NCBI GenBank assembly: GCA_043810775.1
Contig: JBDRNU010000003.1
Location: forward strand, 1-64,000
Length of the DNA: 64,000 nucleotides
Source: an archaeon
Lineage (GTDB): Archaea; Nanobdellota; Nanobdellia; Pacearchaeales; GW2011-AR1
Direction: 5' to 3'
Both the position numbers and the translations under genes were made by a program. The notes under the pieces were generated by a model. It saw only the letters and a list, made by a program, of their open reading frames with translations, did not search any database and was not told the origin of the DNA. Shown one piece after another: positions 44,869 to 55,311 of this stretch (position 1 is its first letter; every line of letters begins with the position of its first letter).

Positions 44869-46083
44869 ATGCAAAAGCTATTGAAAGAAGAGTTAGTTAG
44901 AATAAAACTTTCTGAAAAAGAGTCTTCTAAGCTGAAAAAAAGCACTAGTGAGATAGTTGAAAAGCTAAAAAGAGCTTTGAAAAATGTTAATGCGCAAATA
45001 TTTATTGGTGGAAGCTTGGCAAAAGGGACAATTATCAGAAAAGAGGTTCCTGACGTAGATATATTCATAAGATTTTATTATATTAGGGATATTTCAAAGC
45101 TTCCTAACATAATAAGAAAGGCTAGGTTAAAAGCTGTGAAAATTCACGGAAGCAGAGATTATTTTCAAATTAAAGAAAAAAATGTTATATATGAGATAGT
45201 GCCTGTATTAAGAATAGCTAAACCAGAAGATGCTGTTAATGTTACTGATTTAAGCTATTTTCATGTTAATTACGTGATAGATGCAATTAACAAAAACCCA
45301 AAACTTGCAGATGATATTATACTTGCCAAGTCATTTACTCATGCTTCAGAATGCTATGGAGCTGAATCATATATTAAAGGATTTTCAGGATATGCGCTTG
45401 AATTACTAGTAATAAACTATGGTGGATTTATTGAGCTTGTTAAGGCTATCAGCAAGACTAAGAGCAAACTAATTTTAGATCCTGGAAAAAAATACAAAAA
45501 TAAGATTGATATTTTAAATAATTTAAATGAGTCTAAATTAGGCTCTCCTATAGTATTTATTGACCCTACTTTTGCAGAGAGAAATGCTCTGGCAGCGCTG
45601 AGTGATGAGAGTTTTTCCAAGTTCAGAGAGTATTGCACGGCATTTTTGAAAAAGCCTTCTAAAAAGTTTTTTGAGCAGACTAAGATTGATAAAAAAAAGT
45701 ATAATCTTATTGTTAAAGCTGTAACTGACAGGCAGGAAGGAGATGTTGCAGGAAGCAAGCTAATCAAATTCTATAAATTCTTGCTATCAAATCTAGGGAT
45801 ATATTTTGAGGTTAAAGATGCTATATTTTATTATAATGAAAAAAAGCATGCTGAATATTATTTTGACTTAAAAGCAAAAAAAGAGCTTATAATGGAAGGG
45901 CCACCAATTAAGATGGAAGAAAGTGTCAAGAAATTTAAGGAGGCTCATAAAAAAACTTTTGTTAAAAATGGCAAGATATGCTCTAGGGAAAAGATTAATA
46001 TAAACTATAAAAAATTCTTAGCTGAATTCAAGAAAAAATATAAAATCCAGATGAATGAGATGGGGATAACCAGGGTTAGTTAG
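44869..46083 (+). CDS. cca: Archaeal class I CCA-adding tRNA nucleotidyltransferase
   Basis: GGSLAKGT, DVDIF, YGAESYIKGFSGYALELL, DPT..RNA.AAL. Confidence 0.92.
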   Translation: MQKLLKEELVRIKLSEKESSKLKKSTSEIVEKLKRALKNVNAQIFIGGSLAKGTIIRKEVPDVDIFIRFYYIRDISKLPNIIRKARLKAVKIHGSRDYFQIKEKNVIYEIVPVLRIAKPEDAVNVTDLSYFHVNYVIDAINKNPKLADDIILAKSFTHASECYGAESYIKGFSGYALELLVINYGGFIELVKAISKTKSKLILDPGKKYKNKIDILNNLNESKLGSPIVFIDPTFAERNALAALSDESFSKFREYCTAFLKKPSKKFFEQTKIDKKKYNLIVKAVTDRQEGDVAGSKLIKFYKFLLSNLGIYFEVKDAIFYYNEKKHAEYYFDLKAKKELIMEGPPIKMEESVKKFKEAHKKTFVKNGKICSREKININYKKFLAEFKKKYKIQMNEMGITRVS

Positions 46084-46618
46084 TCCTGCTTTCTTGCTCG
46101 TGAGTATTATCAACTAAAATTATTGGATGCATTCCTAATTGCTCATCAAGAGATTCCATTTTAAACAGCATTTTCCTTATTTCTACATCATGCTGGTTCC
46201 AATTATAAGAAGATAGTGCATCTGCAACTTTTTCAGGAACATAAGCTATTCTTGTTTCTGAAACTGGGAATTTATATAAATCTCCTCTTTTTCTTGCAGA
46301 TCTTACATCTGGAGCAAGTTTTAAGGCTTTGGCTTTAATAAAATCATATGCACCTGCATTTACGTGCAGAGTAAAATCAGGCAAAATCCGGGCATCAACA
46401 TAGCAAGAATGACAAACAGCCCCATCAGGCGAACATTCAAGATTAACATCATCTAATTTCCTTATTTTAAGGTTATTTTTAGATGGATGAATTAAAGCTG
46501 ATTTAGGTTTATTTTCCCATCCTCTTTCTTTTAGATAGTAGTTAATTGTGCTGAGAATTTGCTTTTTAGTGTTTCCAAAAAATTCAAGATTTAGAGTTAG
46601 GTAATGAAAATACGTCAT
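46076..46618 (-). CDS. Hypothetical protein
   Basis: 180-aa ORF downstream of TrmB with AGAGGT RBS-like site. Confidence 0.6.
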   Translation of the reverse strand: MTYFHYLTLNLEFFGNTKKQILSTINYYLKERGWENKPKSALIHPSKNNLKIRKLDDVNLECSPDGAVCHSCYVDARILPDFTLHVNAGAYDFIKAKALKLAPDVRSARKRGDLYKFPVSETRIAYVPEKVADALSSYNWNQHDVEIRKMLFKMESLDEQLGMHPIILVDNTHEQESRTN

Positions 46619-46630
46619 TTTCTACCTCTT

Positions 46631-47410
46631 TTATTTCTTAACAGCTAAGTCAAACATTTCAGAAAGCATTCCTGCAAAAAGCTCTGAATTTAGCCAGATA
46701 CCCATTTCCTGGTCATCAATATTTGACTGGTTTAACAAAAACAAGACTTGATTTTTATCTGCAATGAAAAATCTAGCATCTACATTAATTTTTTGAGGCT
46801 TGATATTATATTTTTTCTCAACATCTTTTGCCCCATTTTCGCTTCCTGAAACTGCAAGCTTGATTTTTATATTTGCTTTTCTTAACCTGTCAAAAAGTAA
46901 ATTAAATACCCTTGATCTTTCAAGTATTTCTGAAGCTGGAATACATATTACAACTTCTTTTGAAGAATTTTCAAGCATTTCTTTTACATGTGAATAAATA
47001 TTTGACTTACCCCTGATAGCAGAAGACATTTCAGTCTGATTAATTGGCTCAATTCCAGTATTATGAAGGTCTTCAAGCTCTTCATATTCTTTTGTTTCTT
47101 TTAAGCTAGAAAGAATCTTTACTTTTTCTTCAGCGTTTCTTAGAGTATTATTCTTAAGCTTTTCAATAACCAGAGTTGGCTTTACAGCAATATACTTTAC
47201 TGGCTTTCCAATTTTAGCTATTACAAAACCCTGCTTTTCAAGAGATTCGAGAACATCATAAGTCCTACTTCTTGGAACTCCAGAAATTTCAGCTATTTCT
47301 CCAGCAGAGGCTATACCTTTGCTAATTAAAGCTAACCATACTTTGGTTTCATAAATATTAAGATCAAAATGAGTCTTAATTTTTTTTACTAATTCACTTT
47401 TTAATATCAT
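46631..47410 (-). CDS. TrmB family transcriptional regulator
   Basis: LNIYETKVW.AL, EIAEISGVPRSRTYDVLESLEKQGF; ATG at 47410. Confidence 0.92.
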   Translation of the reverse strand: MILKSELVKKIKTHFDLNIYETKVWLALISKGIASAGEIAEISGVPRSRTYDVLESLEKQGFVIAKIGKPVKYIAVKPTLVIEKLKNNTLRNAEEKVKILSSLKETKEYEELEDLHNTGIEPINQTEMSSAIRGKSNIYSHVKEMLENSSKEVVICIPASEILERSRVFNLLFDRLRKANIKIKLAVSGSENGAKDVEKKYNIKPQKINVDARFFIADKNQVLFLLNQSNIDDQEMGIWLNSELFAGMLSEMFDLAVKK

Positions 47411-47447
47411 TTTCAAAACAACCTACGGTTTTTTTGTATTTTCCCTT
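47408..47447 (-). repeat. 40-nt hairpin leader shared with fttA (38/40 identical)
   Basis: AAGGGAAAATACAAAAAAACCGTAGGTTGTTTTGAAAATG. Confidence 0.9.
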
Positions 47448-47605
47448 AGGCTGATAATTTACCTTTAATCAGTAGAGAAAAATGGCTTTATAAATCTTTC
47501 TATTTGTTACCTCTCAACAGTTACAATAAAACAAAGTTGACTTGGATTTTATAAATAATTAGAATTAAACTTAATTCTGCTTAATTTTAAAGAATTAGGG
47601 CTTAA

Positions 47606-48553
47606 TTAGAGTATACCTAATATAACAGTAATATAGGCAATGAGCATGCCTACAAATATACCTGCAGTTAGGAAAGGCATTGCAGGGTAGAATTTTCCTT
47701 TTTTTGCAAACATAAATAAGGCTAGTAGAGCAAGAGTGGCAAATAAAGTTATAGACAGTGCCTGAACAATTCCAAAAGCTCTTAAAAATACTCCTGCTGC
47801 AATTATTGGAAATACTACATCTCCTCCACCAAGAATTGCAAGATTAACTTTTACTTTTTGCTCTTTTTTTGACTTGGATTTCTTAGCTTGCTTTAGCTTC
47901 TGCCTAGTTTTCTTATCAATATAAGGGACAAAAAACCCGGCAAAGAATTTTAGTTCATTCATCTGGAAATGAGCCATTTTTTGCATAAATCCAGCGTGCC
48001 AAACTGCATATATATCATAAGCTGATATTAAAATTAAAAGTAAGATTATTGACCATAGAGTTAGGATTGGCACAAAAATTGCAGCTATTCCTGGGTAAAT
48101 TAAAAGCTCTGTGAAATTATGAACTATTATATTTCTTTTAAAAACTTTGAAAAATGCAAGGGGTAAGGAAATTACCAGGGCAATTATAGCTGAAAATTGA
48201 AAGTAATTTTGCAAAGACGCATTAAAGCTTACTCCAATTGCAATAGCTATTACAAGAAAAAACCACAATCTTAAGAAAGTTACTGCTTTTATTTTCATTA
48301 GCACAAGAATAAGGAGCACTGCAATAGTCATTCCAATAACTATACTTATTAGTGAAATTTCTGGCTCAGTTTCAGGAGGTTCAAGATTATAAGGGAGTAC
48401 AGGTCCAATAGATACATTTTGTTTTTCACCTGTAGTCTGATTCACTATTTCTGTTATTACAGGTGTATAAGCATGTATAACTGCAAGGCCTATTAGCTGT
48501 GTAACTATAAACATTGCGACTAAGATTAAAGTAACTTTTGCGTTATGCTTCAC
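47606..48553 (-). CDS. Presenilin/signal-peptide-peptidase-like GxGD intramembrane aspartyl protease
   Basis: AYDIYAV (YD), LGGGD, PAMP motif; about 9 TM. Confidence 0.9.
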   Translation of the reverse strand: MKHNAKVTLILVAMFIVTQLIGLAVIHAYTPVITEIVNQTTGEKQNVSIGPVLPYNLEPPETEPEISLISIVIGMTIAVLLILVLMKIKAVTFLRLWFFLVIAIAIGVSFNASLQNYFQFSAIIALVISLPLAFFKVFKRNIIVHNFTELLIYPGIAAIFVPILTLWSIILLLILISAYDIYAVWHAGFMQKMAHFQMNELKFFAGFFVPYIDKKTRQKLKQAKKSKSKKEQKVKVNLAILGGGDVVFPIIAAGVFLRAFGIVQALSITLFATLALLALFMFAKKGKFYPAMPFLTAGIFVGMLIAYITVILGIL

Positions 48554-48629
48554 ATTATTTTCCTCTCTTATTTTAGGTTAAAAATATAAGAAAAAGAAGG
48601 TTTATAAATCTTTAAAAAAATAAAATTTC

Positions 48630-49628
48630 CTAGTTAAGAGTATTATAATCTTGAGTTTTATTGAACTTCTGGAGCTTTTTCAAAATTTCTTGGTCTCCTT
48701 TTCTAATGAAAGAGCCGTCTTTTACTGCAAGATGCTCGTCATAAAGCCCGACAAAAATAGTTATATTTTTATTTCTTCCATATTTAACTGCTCTTAAAAC
48801 ATCTATAAGCTGGGGAGGAGTATACTTTCCTTTTCTGAATTCTTTCTCAAGCATGGTGCCTTTTGCAACATAAGTTGGATTAAGATGCATATTAATCTTA
48901 ACTTTATGTTTTTTGGCAACTTTGCTAAGATAGTCAATGCCTTTTTTTATATCTTCTACTGCCTCCTTATCACCCATACCTGGAACTGGCTTTTGCATAA
49001 AATAGCACTTTAAATTAAATTTGTAATTTGCAAGCTTTTTAACCAGGGATTCAAAAGTCCTAAGTTCAAGACCTTTTCTAAATACCTTATTCCTGATATG
49101 CCTGTCAAAAGCCTCAAATCCTATTGCAATCTCTAAATTTGTATGAGTCTCCCCTTCATTAAGGACTCTTGACAAGAATTCCAGCTCACTTAAATCAACA
49201 TATTCTGGCCTTGTTTCTAAACTAACTATTGAAAGGTTTTTGAGGTGAATATTAAGCATAGCTATTAAGTAGATAAGGGCTGTGCTTGAAAAGGTTCTTT
49301 CATCTAATACTGAACCATTATTACTTACTATAACTTTTTTTATAATTTCTTTGAATTTTTTTACTTTAGGCAGTTTAAAAATATAATCTATTTGTTTTAT
49401 AATATGCTTAAATCCAATGTAATTTTCTGACATTGCGGAAGGCAAATTACAACCAAGGCATTGAGACCACCTGCAAGTTTGAGTATAAAAAACAATGAAA
49501 AGAATTTTTCCTTCTTCTGAATCCTGAAACCATACTTCTAGTGGTTTGTCTTTATTATGAGACTCATTAAATTTATAATTCTTGTCAAATTTTTTCATAA
49601 TTCTTGCAGATTTCTTGTTTTTACCCAT
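48630..49628 (-). CDS. Radical SAM protein, RaSEA/TIGR01210-like
   Basis: CRWSQCLGC, NNGSVLD, ETRPEY, AIGFE, QKP, NPTYV.KGT.LE. Confidence 0.75.
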   Translation of the reverse strand: MGKNKKSARIMKKFDKNYKFNESHNKDKPLEVWFQDSEEGKILFIVFYTQTCRWSQCLGCNLPSAMSENYIGFKHIIKQIDYIFKLPKVKKFKEIIKKVIVSNNGSVLDERTFSSTALIYLIAMLNIHLKNLSIVSLETRPEYVDLSELEFLSRVLNEGETHTNLEIAIGFEAFDRHIRNKVFRKGLELRTFESLVKKLANYKFNLKCYFMQKPVPGMGDKEAVEDIKKGIDYLSKVAKKHKVKINMHLNPTYVAKGTMLEKEFRKGKYTPPQLIDVLRAVKYGRNKNITIFVGLYDEHLAVKDGSFIRKGDQEILKKLQKFNKTQDYNTLN

Positions 49629-49676
49629 ATTAAGATTAGTTATATAAGAAATTTAAAGGTTTGTATTTTTCCGACA

Positions 49677-50564
49677 TCAAAAAGAAATAATTCTATCTTT
49701 CCGAATTCCTGTTCTAGAATTAAACTTTATTCTGCTTATCTTTATGACTTTCCTGAAAAATATAAAATCTTTTAAAACTTTATCTGCCCCATCCAAACAC
49801 CCAATAATATTTTTATTTATGGCCTGGAATATTTCAATACTTTTTGTAAAGAAAATTTTTCTATTATTAAGGCAGAGTTTGAAACCAATTATATAACCTT
49901 CTTTTTCAAATTCATTTACTACTTTATCAAGAACTTTTATTGAAAGTATATGAATATTATTCCTGTCTCCCAAATCTTTTCTTTTAAATTTAAGCCTAAC
50001 AATTTGGGAGTTGCTTCTTTTGTCAAAACCCATACTTATTGGAAGTATTGATTCCATACCATACCTATATCTCTTGGCATACCTAGTGTAATTAGTTAAA
50101 GTTGTTGCTCTTTCTAATTTATAATTAAAATAGTTTTTGTAGAACTGCAATCTCCAATTACTTGAAATATTCACAAGAAACATTTCTAAATCCTGTCCAA
50201 GCTCCTTGCCAATTATGTATGCTGCAAAGATTGCTACAACAGAATCTATTGAAAGAAAGGCTTCTGGAGCAAACATCCAAAAAAATAGCAAAATTATAAT
50301 TCCCATAACTAACCCTAAAACTTTATTAAATGAAAGACTAATTTTAGAATAAACAGAATCTTCCCCCTCTTTAATATCTTGAACATATTCTTCAAAAGGA
50401 TTACAGAGAATATGATCTGCATTAATATTTCTACTTAAAGGATATACTAAAATATGGCTCTCAATAGAAGAAAACTTCCTAAGTTCATTTATATTTTGAA
50501 GTTCAATGTCATAAGTGCCTTTTTGAGATTTCTTTACTCTAAAATAAGGATTTAAATTTTTCAC
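49677..50564 (-). CDS. Hypothetical membrane protein
   Basis: 295 aa with two central TM; GTG start. Confidence 0.65.
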   Translation of the reverse strand: MKNLNPYFRVKKSQKGTYDIELQNINELRKFSSIESHILVYPLSRNINADHILCNPFEEYVQDIKEGEDSVYSKISLSFNKVLGLVMGIIILLFFWMFAPEAFLSIDSVVAIFAAYIIGKELGQDLEMFLVNISSNWRLQFYKNYFNYKLERATTLTNYTRYAKRYRYGMESILPISMGFDKRSNSQIVRLKFKRKDLGDRNNIHILSIKVLDKVVNEFEKEGYIIGFKLCLNNRKIFFTKSIEIFQAINKNIIGCLDGADKVLKDFIFFRKVIKISRIKFNSRTGIRKDRIISF

Positions 50565-50682
50565 AATTAGACTAAATAATTACCTATTATAAATATTTTG
50601 CCTAGCAGGATTATAACTCTTAATTTAAACATGCCTTTTTAATTATAATAATCCTTATATAACTAATATTTCTAAAATGTAA

Positions 50683-51534
50683 ATGAGCATTGAAAATCTA
50701 ACTATAATTGGTGAGAGAGCAAACAGGCAAGGCTCTAGTAAAGTTAAAATAATATTAGATGAAGAAGTTAGCAGGGGGAAATACTATAATCTTCAAGAGT
50801 TGGCAGTGAGGCAAGCAGAGCAAGGCGCAGATTATATTGATATCAACGTTGATGATTTGGGAGAACAGGTGATGAGAAATGCTATTATGGCTGTTCAAGA
50901 GGTGGTAGATATACCTCTATGCATTGACAGTGGGGATCCAATGGTGCTAGTTGCTGGTTTAGGGGTTTATGATACAGAGAAAGCTGGGGGGGAACTTCCA
51001 ATTATAAATTCAGCTGATAGAACAACTGCAGACTCAATATTAGGTTTAAGAAATCTGAAACCATTTAAGATTGTCCTATTAACTCGAGGTTATTTAGATG
51101 TAAAAGAGCTGTACTGGGGTGCAAGAAAAGCCGGATTTAAACAAGAAGATATTTATCTTGATCCTAGGATTGTGCCTATTTCAAGTGATTATGAAGGAAA
51201 TATTAAGAAAGCTCTAGGGTATTTGGATAAAATCAGCACAGATGCAGAAATGAGGGGAGTGCATACTTTACTGGGATTGACAAATGTTTCTAAAGGCAGC
51301 CCTATTAAATTAAAGGATTCTCTTGAAAATGCTGTGCTTACACTTGCCCTAGAAAAAGGACTGGATACTATAATAGGGGACCCTTCCAGAAAATATAGCT
51401 TATTGCCCGAGGAGAATAATGTATTAAATTTAGTAAAGGAATTTATAAATACTGATATTTATTCTTATGAAGGAATGAGATTATTAAGCAAATATTTTTC
51501 AAGCTTGAGGGAAGATGAAAAGCCAAGAAAATAA
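50683..51534 (+). CDS. Pterin-binding TIM-barrel protein (AcsE/MetH methyltetrahydrofolate-binding domain-like)
   Basis: IIGERAN, QAEQGADYIDIN, PLCIDS, IINS, DIYLDP, GLTNVS. Confidence 0.82.
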   Translation: MSIENLTIIGERANRQGSSKVKIILDEEVSRGKYYNLQELAVRQAEQGADYIDINVDDLGEQVMRNAIMAVQEVVDIPLCIDSGDPMVLVAGLGVYDTEKAGGELPIINSADRTTADSILGLRNLKPFKIVLLTRGYLDVKELYWGARKAGFKQEDIYLDPRIVPISSDYEGNIKKALGYLDKISTDAEMRGVHTLLGLTNVSKGSPIKLKDSLENAVLTLALEKGLDTIIGDPSRKYSLLPEENNVLNLVKEFINTDIYSYEGMRLLSKYFSSLREDEKPRK

Positions 51535-51943
51535 AAAGCATATAGTGGCTATTACTGCTTTTATAAAAAATCAAGAAGGGGACAAATTTCTAATTGTTAA
51601 GAGAAGTAAAAATGAAATTGCTTATCCTGGGAAATGGGCTTTTCCGGGAGGCAAGGTTGAAAAAGGTTATGATATACTTGCAACTTTAAAAAGAGAGGTT
51701 ATGGAAGAGGTGGGACTTGAAATTGAAAATTTTAAGGAATATTTGTATGATTTTACTTTTGAAAGACCTGACGGAAATAATGTAGTGGGTTTATGTTTTG
51801 AAGTAAAAGCTAAATCTGAAGATGTTAAGCTAAGCGAGGATTTTGAAGATTTTGCATGGATTAGACCTGAAGAGCTTGACAAGTATGAATATATTAGGGG
51901 TATGGAAAGAGAGGTGAATCTTGCGTTTAGCAAAGAAAAATAG
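51515..51943 (+). CDS. NUDIX hydrolase
   Basis: PGGKVEKG......LKREVMEEVG. Confidence 0.93.
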   Translation: MKSQENKKHIVAITAFIKNQEGDKFLIVKRSKNEIAYPGKWAFPGGKVEKGYDILATLKREVMEEVGLEIENFKEYLYDFTFERPDGNNVVGLCFEVKAKSEDVKLSEDFEDFAWIRPEELDKYEYIRGMEREVNLAFSKEK

Positions 51944-51985
51944 AGAACAATAAAACTTATAAATAGTCAAATTAGTGGTTTTATA

Positions 51986-53305
51986 ATGTCTGAATTAATT
52001 GTACTAAAGACTGGGGGAACTTCCCATATACATGGGGGAGATATTGAGAGAGATAAAAGGATTCTTAAATCTGATAGCAGAAGGAGGGTGATGTTTGTTT
52101 CTGCACCTGGAAAAATAGGAAGTAACAGAAAGGTAACTGATTTGCTTATAGACTATTATAATGCTAAAACTGTAGATTTAAAAGACACTTTTTTTAGAGC
52201 GATTATTGACAGATATAAGGGGATATTTTACGGGACAGACTTACGAGAAGCAGAAGAATCGCTAAAAGCATGCAGTACAATAGGAGAAACAAAAGCGTGG
52301 GGAGAAGATACACTTGCAAAGCTACTTTCTAGAACTATTCCAAATGCAGAATATGTTAATCCAAGAGATGTTTTTTTAGTAGAAGGAAAAGATGGAGAAG
52401 CTATTATTCTTCCTGAATCTTCTGAAATGATTAAAAGAACTATTGGAGAGGTATTGAATAGAGGAAAAATTGCAATTGTTCCTGGCTTTTTTGGTTATAA
52501 TAGAAATGGGGAGGTTATAACTCTTCCAAGAGGCTGTTCTGATGAAAGTGCGGCTTGTGCAGCCGGAGTTCTCGAAGCATTAGTATATGAAAACCGAACT
52601 GATGTAGAGGGAGTTTATGCTGCTAATAGAGATATTGTTCCTGATGCTAGATTAATTCCTGAACTTACATATAAAGAAATGAGAGCCTTGTCTGTTGGAG
52701 GCTTTCATGTGTTACATCCAAGAGCAGTAGCGCATGTTGAAAATAAAATGGTGCCCATACATATAGGAAATTCAGAAGAGATTGATGGGACTGGAACTTT
52801 AGTTGTTTTTGATAGAGTTGTAAACCCTAAAAAACCAATTGTAGGAATTGCTTACCAGCCAGGATTTTGTGTTTTTGAAATTGAAAAAACAGGATTCGAT
52901 GATATTCCAGGGGGTGTAGAAAAAATACTTGAGATATTTGGTGAGAGGAATATAAACTGGAACTACATGCCACATGGTACTGATGATATTTCAATAGCAT
53001 TGACACAAGACCAGGTTAGTGGAAGAGGAATAGTTCATGAAATCACAAGAGAAATTTACAAGGCTGTGGGTGGAGGATATGCTGAAATTGGATTCAAGCA
53101 CGATTTAGGAGTGTTAGTCGTAGCTGGCAAGGGGATGAAAGATCGTTCTGGGACTTCAGCAAAAGTAGATGAAGTATTTAGTGATAATGCGATTAATTTA
53201 ATTGGGAAAACGCAGGGTACAAAACAAAGAAACATGATTTATATAATTTCTGAAGGAGATGGAGCAAGTGCAGTTGACCAACTATATGATGAGTTCATAA
53301 GATAG
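51986..53305 (+). CDS. lysC: Aspartate kinase-like (divergent) with two ACT domains
   Basis: KTGGTS, VSAPGK, PGFFG, RGCSD, TDVEGVY, Y.EM..L...G..VLHP, V.GKGM. Confidence 0.8.
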   Translation: MSELIVLKTGGTSHIHGGDIERDKRILKSDSRRRVMFVSAPGKIGSNRKVTDLLIDYYNAKTVDLKDTFFRAIIDRYKGIFYGTDLREAEESLKACSTIGETKAWGEDTLAKLLSRTIPNAEYVNPRDVFLVEGKDGEAIILPESSEMIKRTIGEVLNRGKIAIVPGFFGYNRNGEVITLPRGCSDESAACAAGVLEALVYENRTDVEGVYAANRDIVPDARLIPELTYKEMRALSVGGFHVLHPRAVAHVENKMVPIHIGNSEEIDGTGTLVVFDRVVNPKKPIVGIAYQPGFCVFEIEKTGFDDIPGGVEKILEIFGERNINWNYMPHGTDDISIALTQDQVSGRGIVHEITREIYKAVGGGYAEIGFKHDLGVLVVAGKGMKDRSGTSAKVDEVFSDNAINLIGKTQGTKQRNMIYIISEGDGASAVDQLYDEFIR

Positions 53306-55195
53306 CTATCTTATCCTTATAGTCTCAAGATTTCTAGGAACATTAGTCTCGATTCTATTCAATTTATAGATTGAAGAAGCTAAATCAATGCACTTGCTTG
53401 ATTCGCCGTGATTAATAATTACTCGCTTAGGCTTTGGGTTGATATGGTTGATAAATGCAAGAAGCTGATTTCTACCTGAATGGCCTGAAAAACCAGGGAT
53501 AGTATGAACTTCCATTAGCACTTTTACATCTTCTTCTTTATTAGATTCAGAGTTCATCATTTTTACTTCTTTAAGCCCATCTTGAACTTGACGGCCTAAA
53601 CTTCCTGAACCCTGATAACAGACAAAAATCAGACTGTTTCTTTTATTTCCTGCGAACTCGCGAAAATACTCAACAGATGCCCCACCTACAAGCATACCTG
53701 AAGTTGCAAGAACTACACAAGGTCCTCCTTCAATGACTTTTTTCCTTTCTTGCGGTGAGCGAATTCTAGTAAAAACGTCACTTAAAAAAGGATTTTTATC
53801 TTGGAAAATCTGAGTTCTGACAACTCCTGACAAGAAATTAGGATAAGCTGTATGAATTCCATTAATATCCCAAATCATACCATTAATATAAATAGGAACT
53901 TTAGGAATTTTTCCCTGCCTCATGGCATCTTCCAAAACAAGCATTGTTTCTTGCGACCTTCCTAAACCAAGTTCTGGAATAAGAACTTTTCCTTTTCTTT
54001 CAATTGTTTTTTTAACAAGGTCTAGGAATTCGTCCTCAACATCTTTTCTCTGAGGAAGGGCATCATTTTTGCTTCCATAAGTGGATTCTACAATTAGTGT
54101 TTCAAGTCTTGGAAAATTTATAGCAGAAGCCTCTAGTAGTCTTGTTCTTCCAAATTTCATATCGCCTGTATAAATCAAATTGTGGAGACCATTTCCAATA
54201 TTTAAATGAACCATAGCACTTCCAAGAGCATGACCTGCGTTATAAAATGTTAATCTTACATCTGGAGTTACATCAGTTACCTCATTATAATCTAAACATA
54301 TTGAGTGCTTGACCATTTCCTTTATATCAGTAGAGGAGTATAAAGGAGCTGTAGCTTGCTTATAAGCTACACCAATAAAATCTAAAGCAATAAGTGAGGC
54401 TATATCTCTTGTAGGAGTAGTCATATAACAAGGCCCTCGGTAGCCCATTTTATACAAGTAAGGAAGTAATCCACAATGATCAAGATGTGCATGAGTTAAG
54501 ATAACTGCATCAATTTGATTTATATCAAATTCAGGAATATCAAAAAACGGAAACTTTTCTGAATTATGAGCTGCAATATTCACCCCACAGTCCATCAAAA
54601 TTTTTGACTCCGGAGTATGTAAAAGCAAGCATGATCGCCCAACCTGCCTTGCCCCACCTAAAAAAGTCAATCTTATCCATTCATCTAACTTTTCTGGATT
54701 CCACTCTTTGTAAATTTTTTTACCTATAGAATTTAAAAATCTTTTTCTGTAATTATTATTTAAATAAAGAACTGCCCTAATATTTTCTGTAATTTTACTA
54801 GGGATGGCCGGACTTCTTTGAACTTGTGGTATCCAAAAAGTTTTCCTCTTGATTTCCTGAAGGACACTTCCTTGTTTTCCTATTACCATTCCTGGTTTTT
54901 TTGCCTCAACTACCACTATTGACCTTTGAACATCAAAAATAATGCTAGTAACTTCAGCTTCCTTTGGAACTATTTTGCGGATTTCTTTTTCGGATTTTTC
55001 CTGGTCTTGCAGTAATTTGCTGTCTGCTCTAAGCTCAATTCTTTTTTTTATTTTATCAACTACTTTCTTTATTTCATTTTCTCCTTCTAAGAAAAAATTA
55101 GTATCATCAGTGTAAAGAACTATGTTTGCACCTTCAAAATTTGCACTAGCAATGCATTTTGGAAGTTGCTCTTGTATATTTTTAAGAATGTCCAT
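53306..55195 (-). CDS. fttA: aCPSF1/FttA beta-CASP ribonuclease (transcription termination factor)
   Basis: KH domain KPGMVIGKQG, LGGARQVGRS, THAHLDH, NAGHALG, GFSGH, HGE; adjacent to psmB. Confidence 0.95.
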   Translation of the reverse strand: MDILKNIQEQLPKCIASANFEGANIVLYTDDTNFFLEGENEIKKVVDKIKKRIELRADSKLLQDQEKSEKEIRKIVPKEAEVTSIIFDVQRSIVVVEAKKPGMVIGKQGSVLQEIKRKTFWIPQVQRSPAIPSKITENIRAVLYLNNNYRKRFLNSIGKKIYKEWNPEKLDEWIRLTFLGGARQVGRSCLLLHTPESKILMDCGVNIAAHNSEKFPFFDIPEFDINQIDAVILTHAHLDHCGLLPYLYKMGYRGPCYMTTPTRDIASLIALDFIGVAYKQATAPLYSSTDIKEMVKHSICLDYNEVTDVTPDVRLTFYNAGHALGSAMVHLNIGNGLHNLIYTGDMKFGRTRLLEASAINFPRLETLIVESTYGSKNDALPQRKDVEDEFLDLVKKTIERKGKVLIPELGLGRSQETMLVLEDAMRQGKIPKVPIYINGMIWDINGIHTAYPNFLSGVVRTQIFQDKNPFLSDVFTRIRSPQERKKVIEGGPCVVLATSGMLVGGASVEYFREFAGNKRNSLIFVCYQGSGSLGRQVQDGLKEVKMMNSESNKEEDVKVLMEVHTIPGFSGHSGRNQLLAFINHINPKPKRVIINHGESSKCIDLASSIYKLNRIETNVPRNLETIRIR

Positions 55196-55295
55196 TTTCA
55201 AAACAACCTACAATTTTTTTGTATTTTCCCTTGAGACTTTAGAAATTTTTTTAGTTTCATGTTTCTGAGAGTAATCAAAAACCTGTAGTTTTTGA
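55193..55295 (-). repeat. Second copy of 40-nt hairpin leader plus additional REP-like palindrome
   Basis: 55193-55232 matches 47408-47447; TCAAAAAC-CTGTA-GTTTTTGA at 55275-55295. Confidence 0.85.
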
Positions 55296-55311
55296 CATTG
55301 AGAATATTAAA

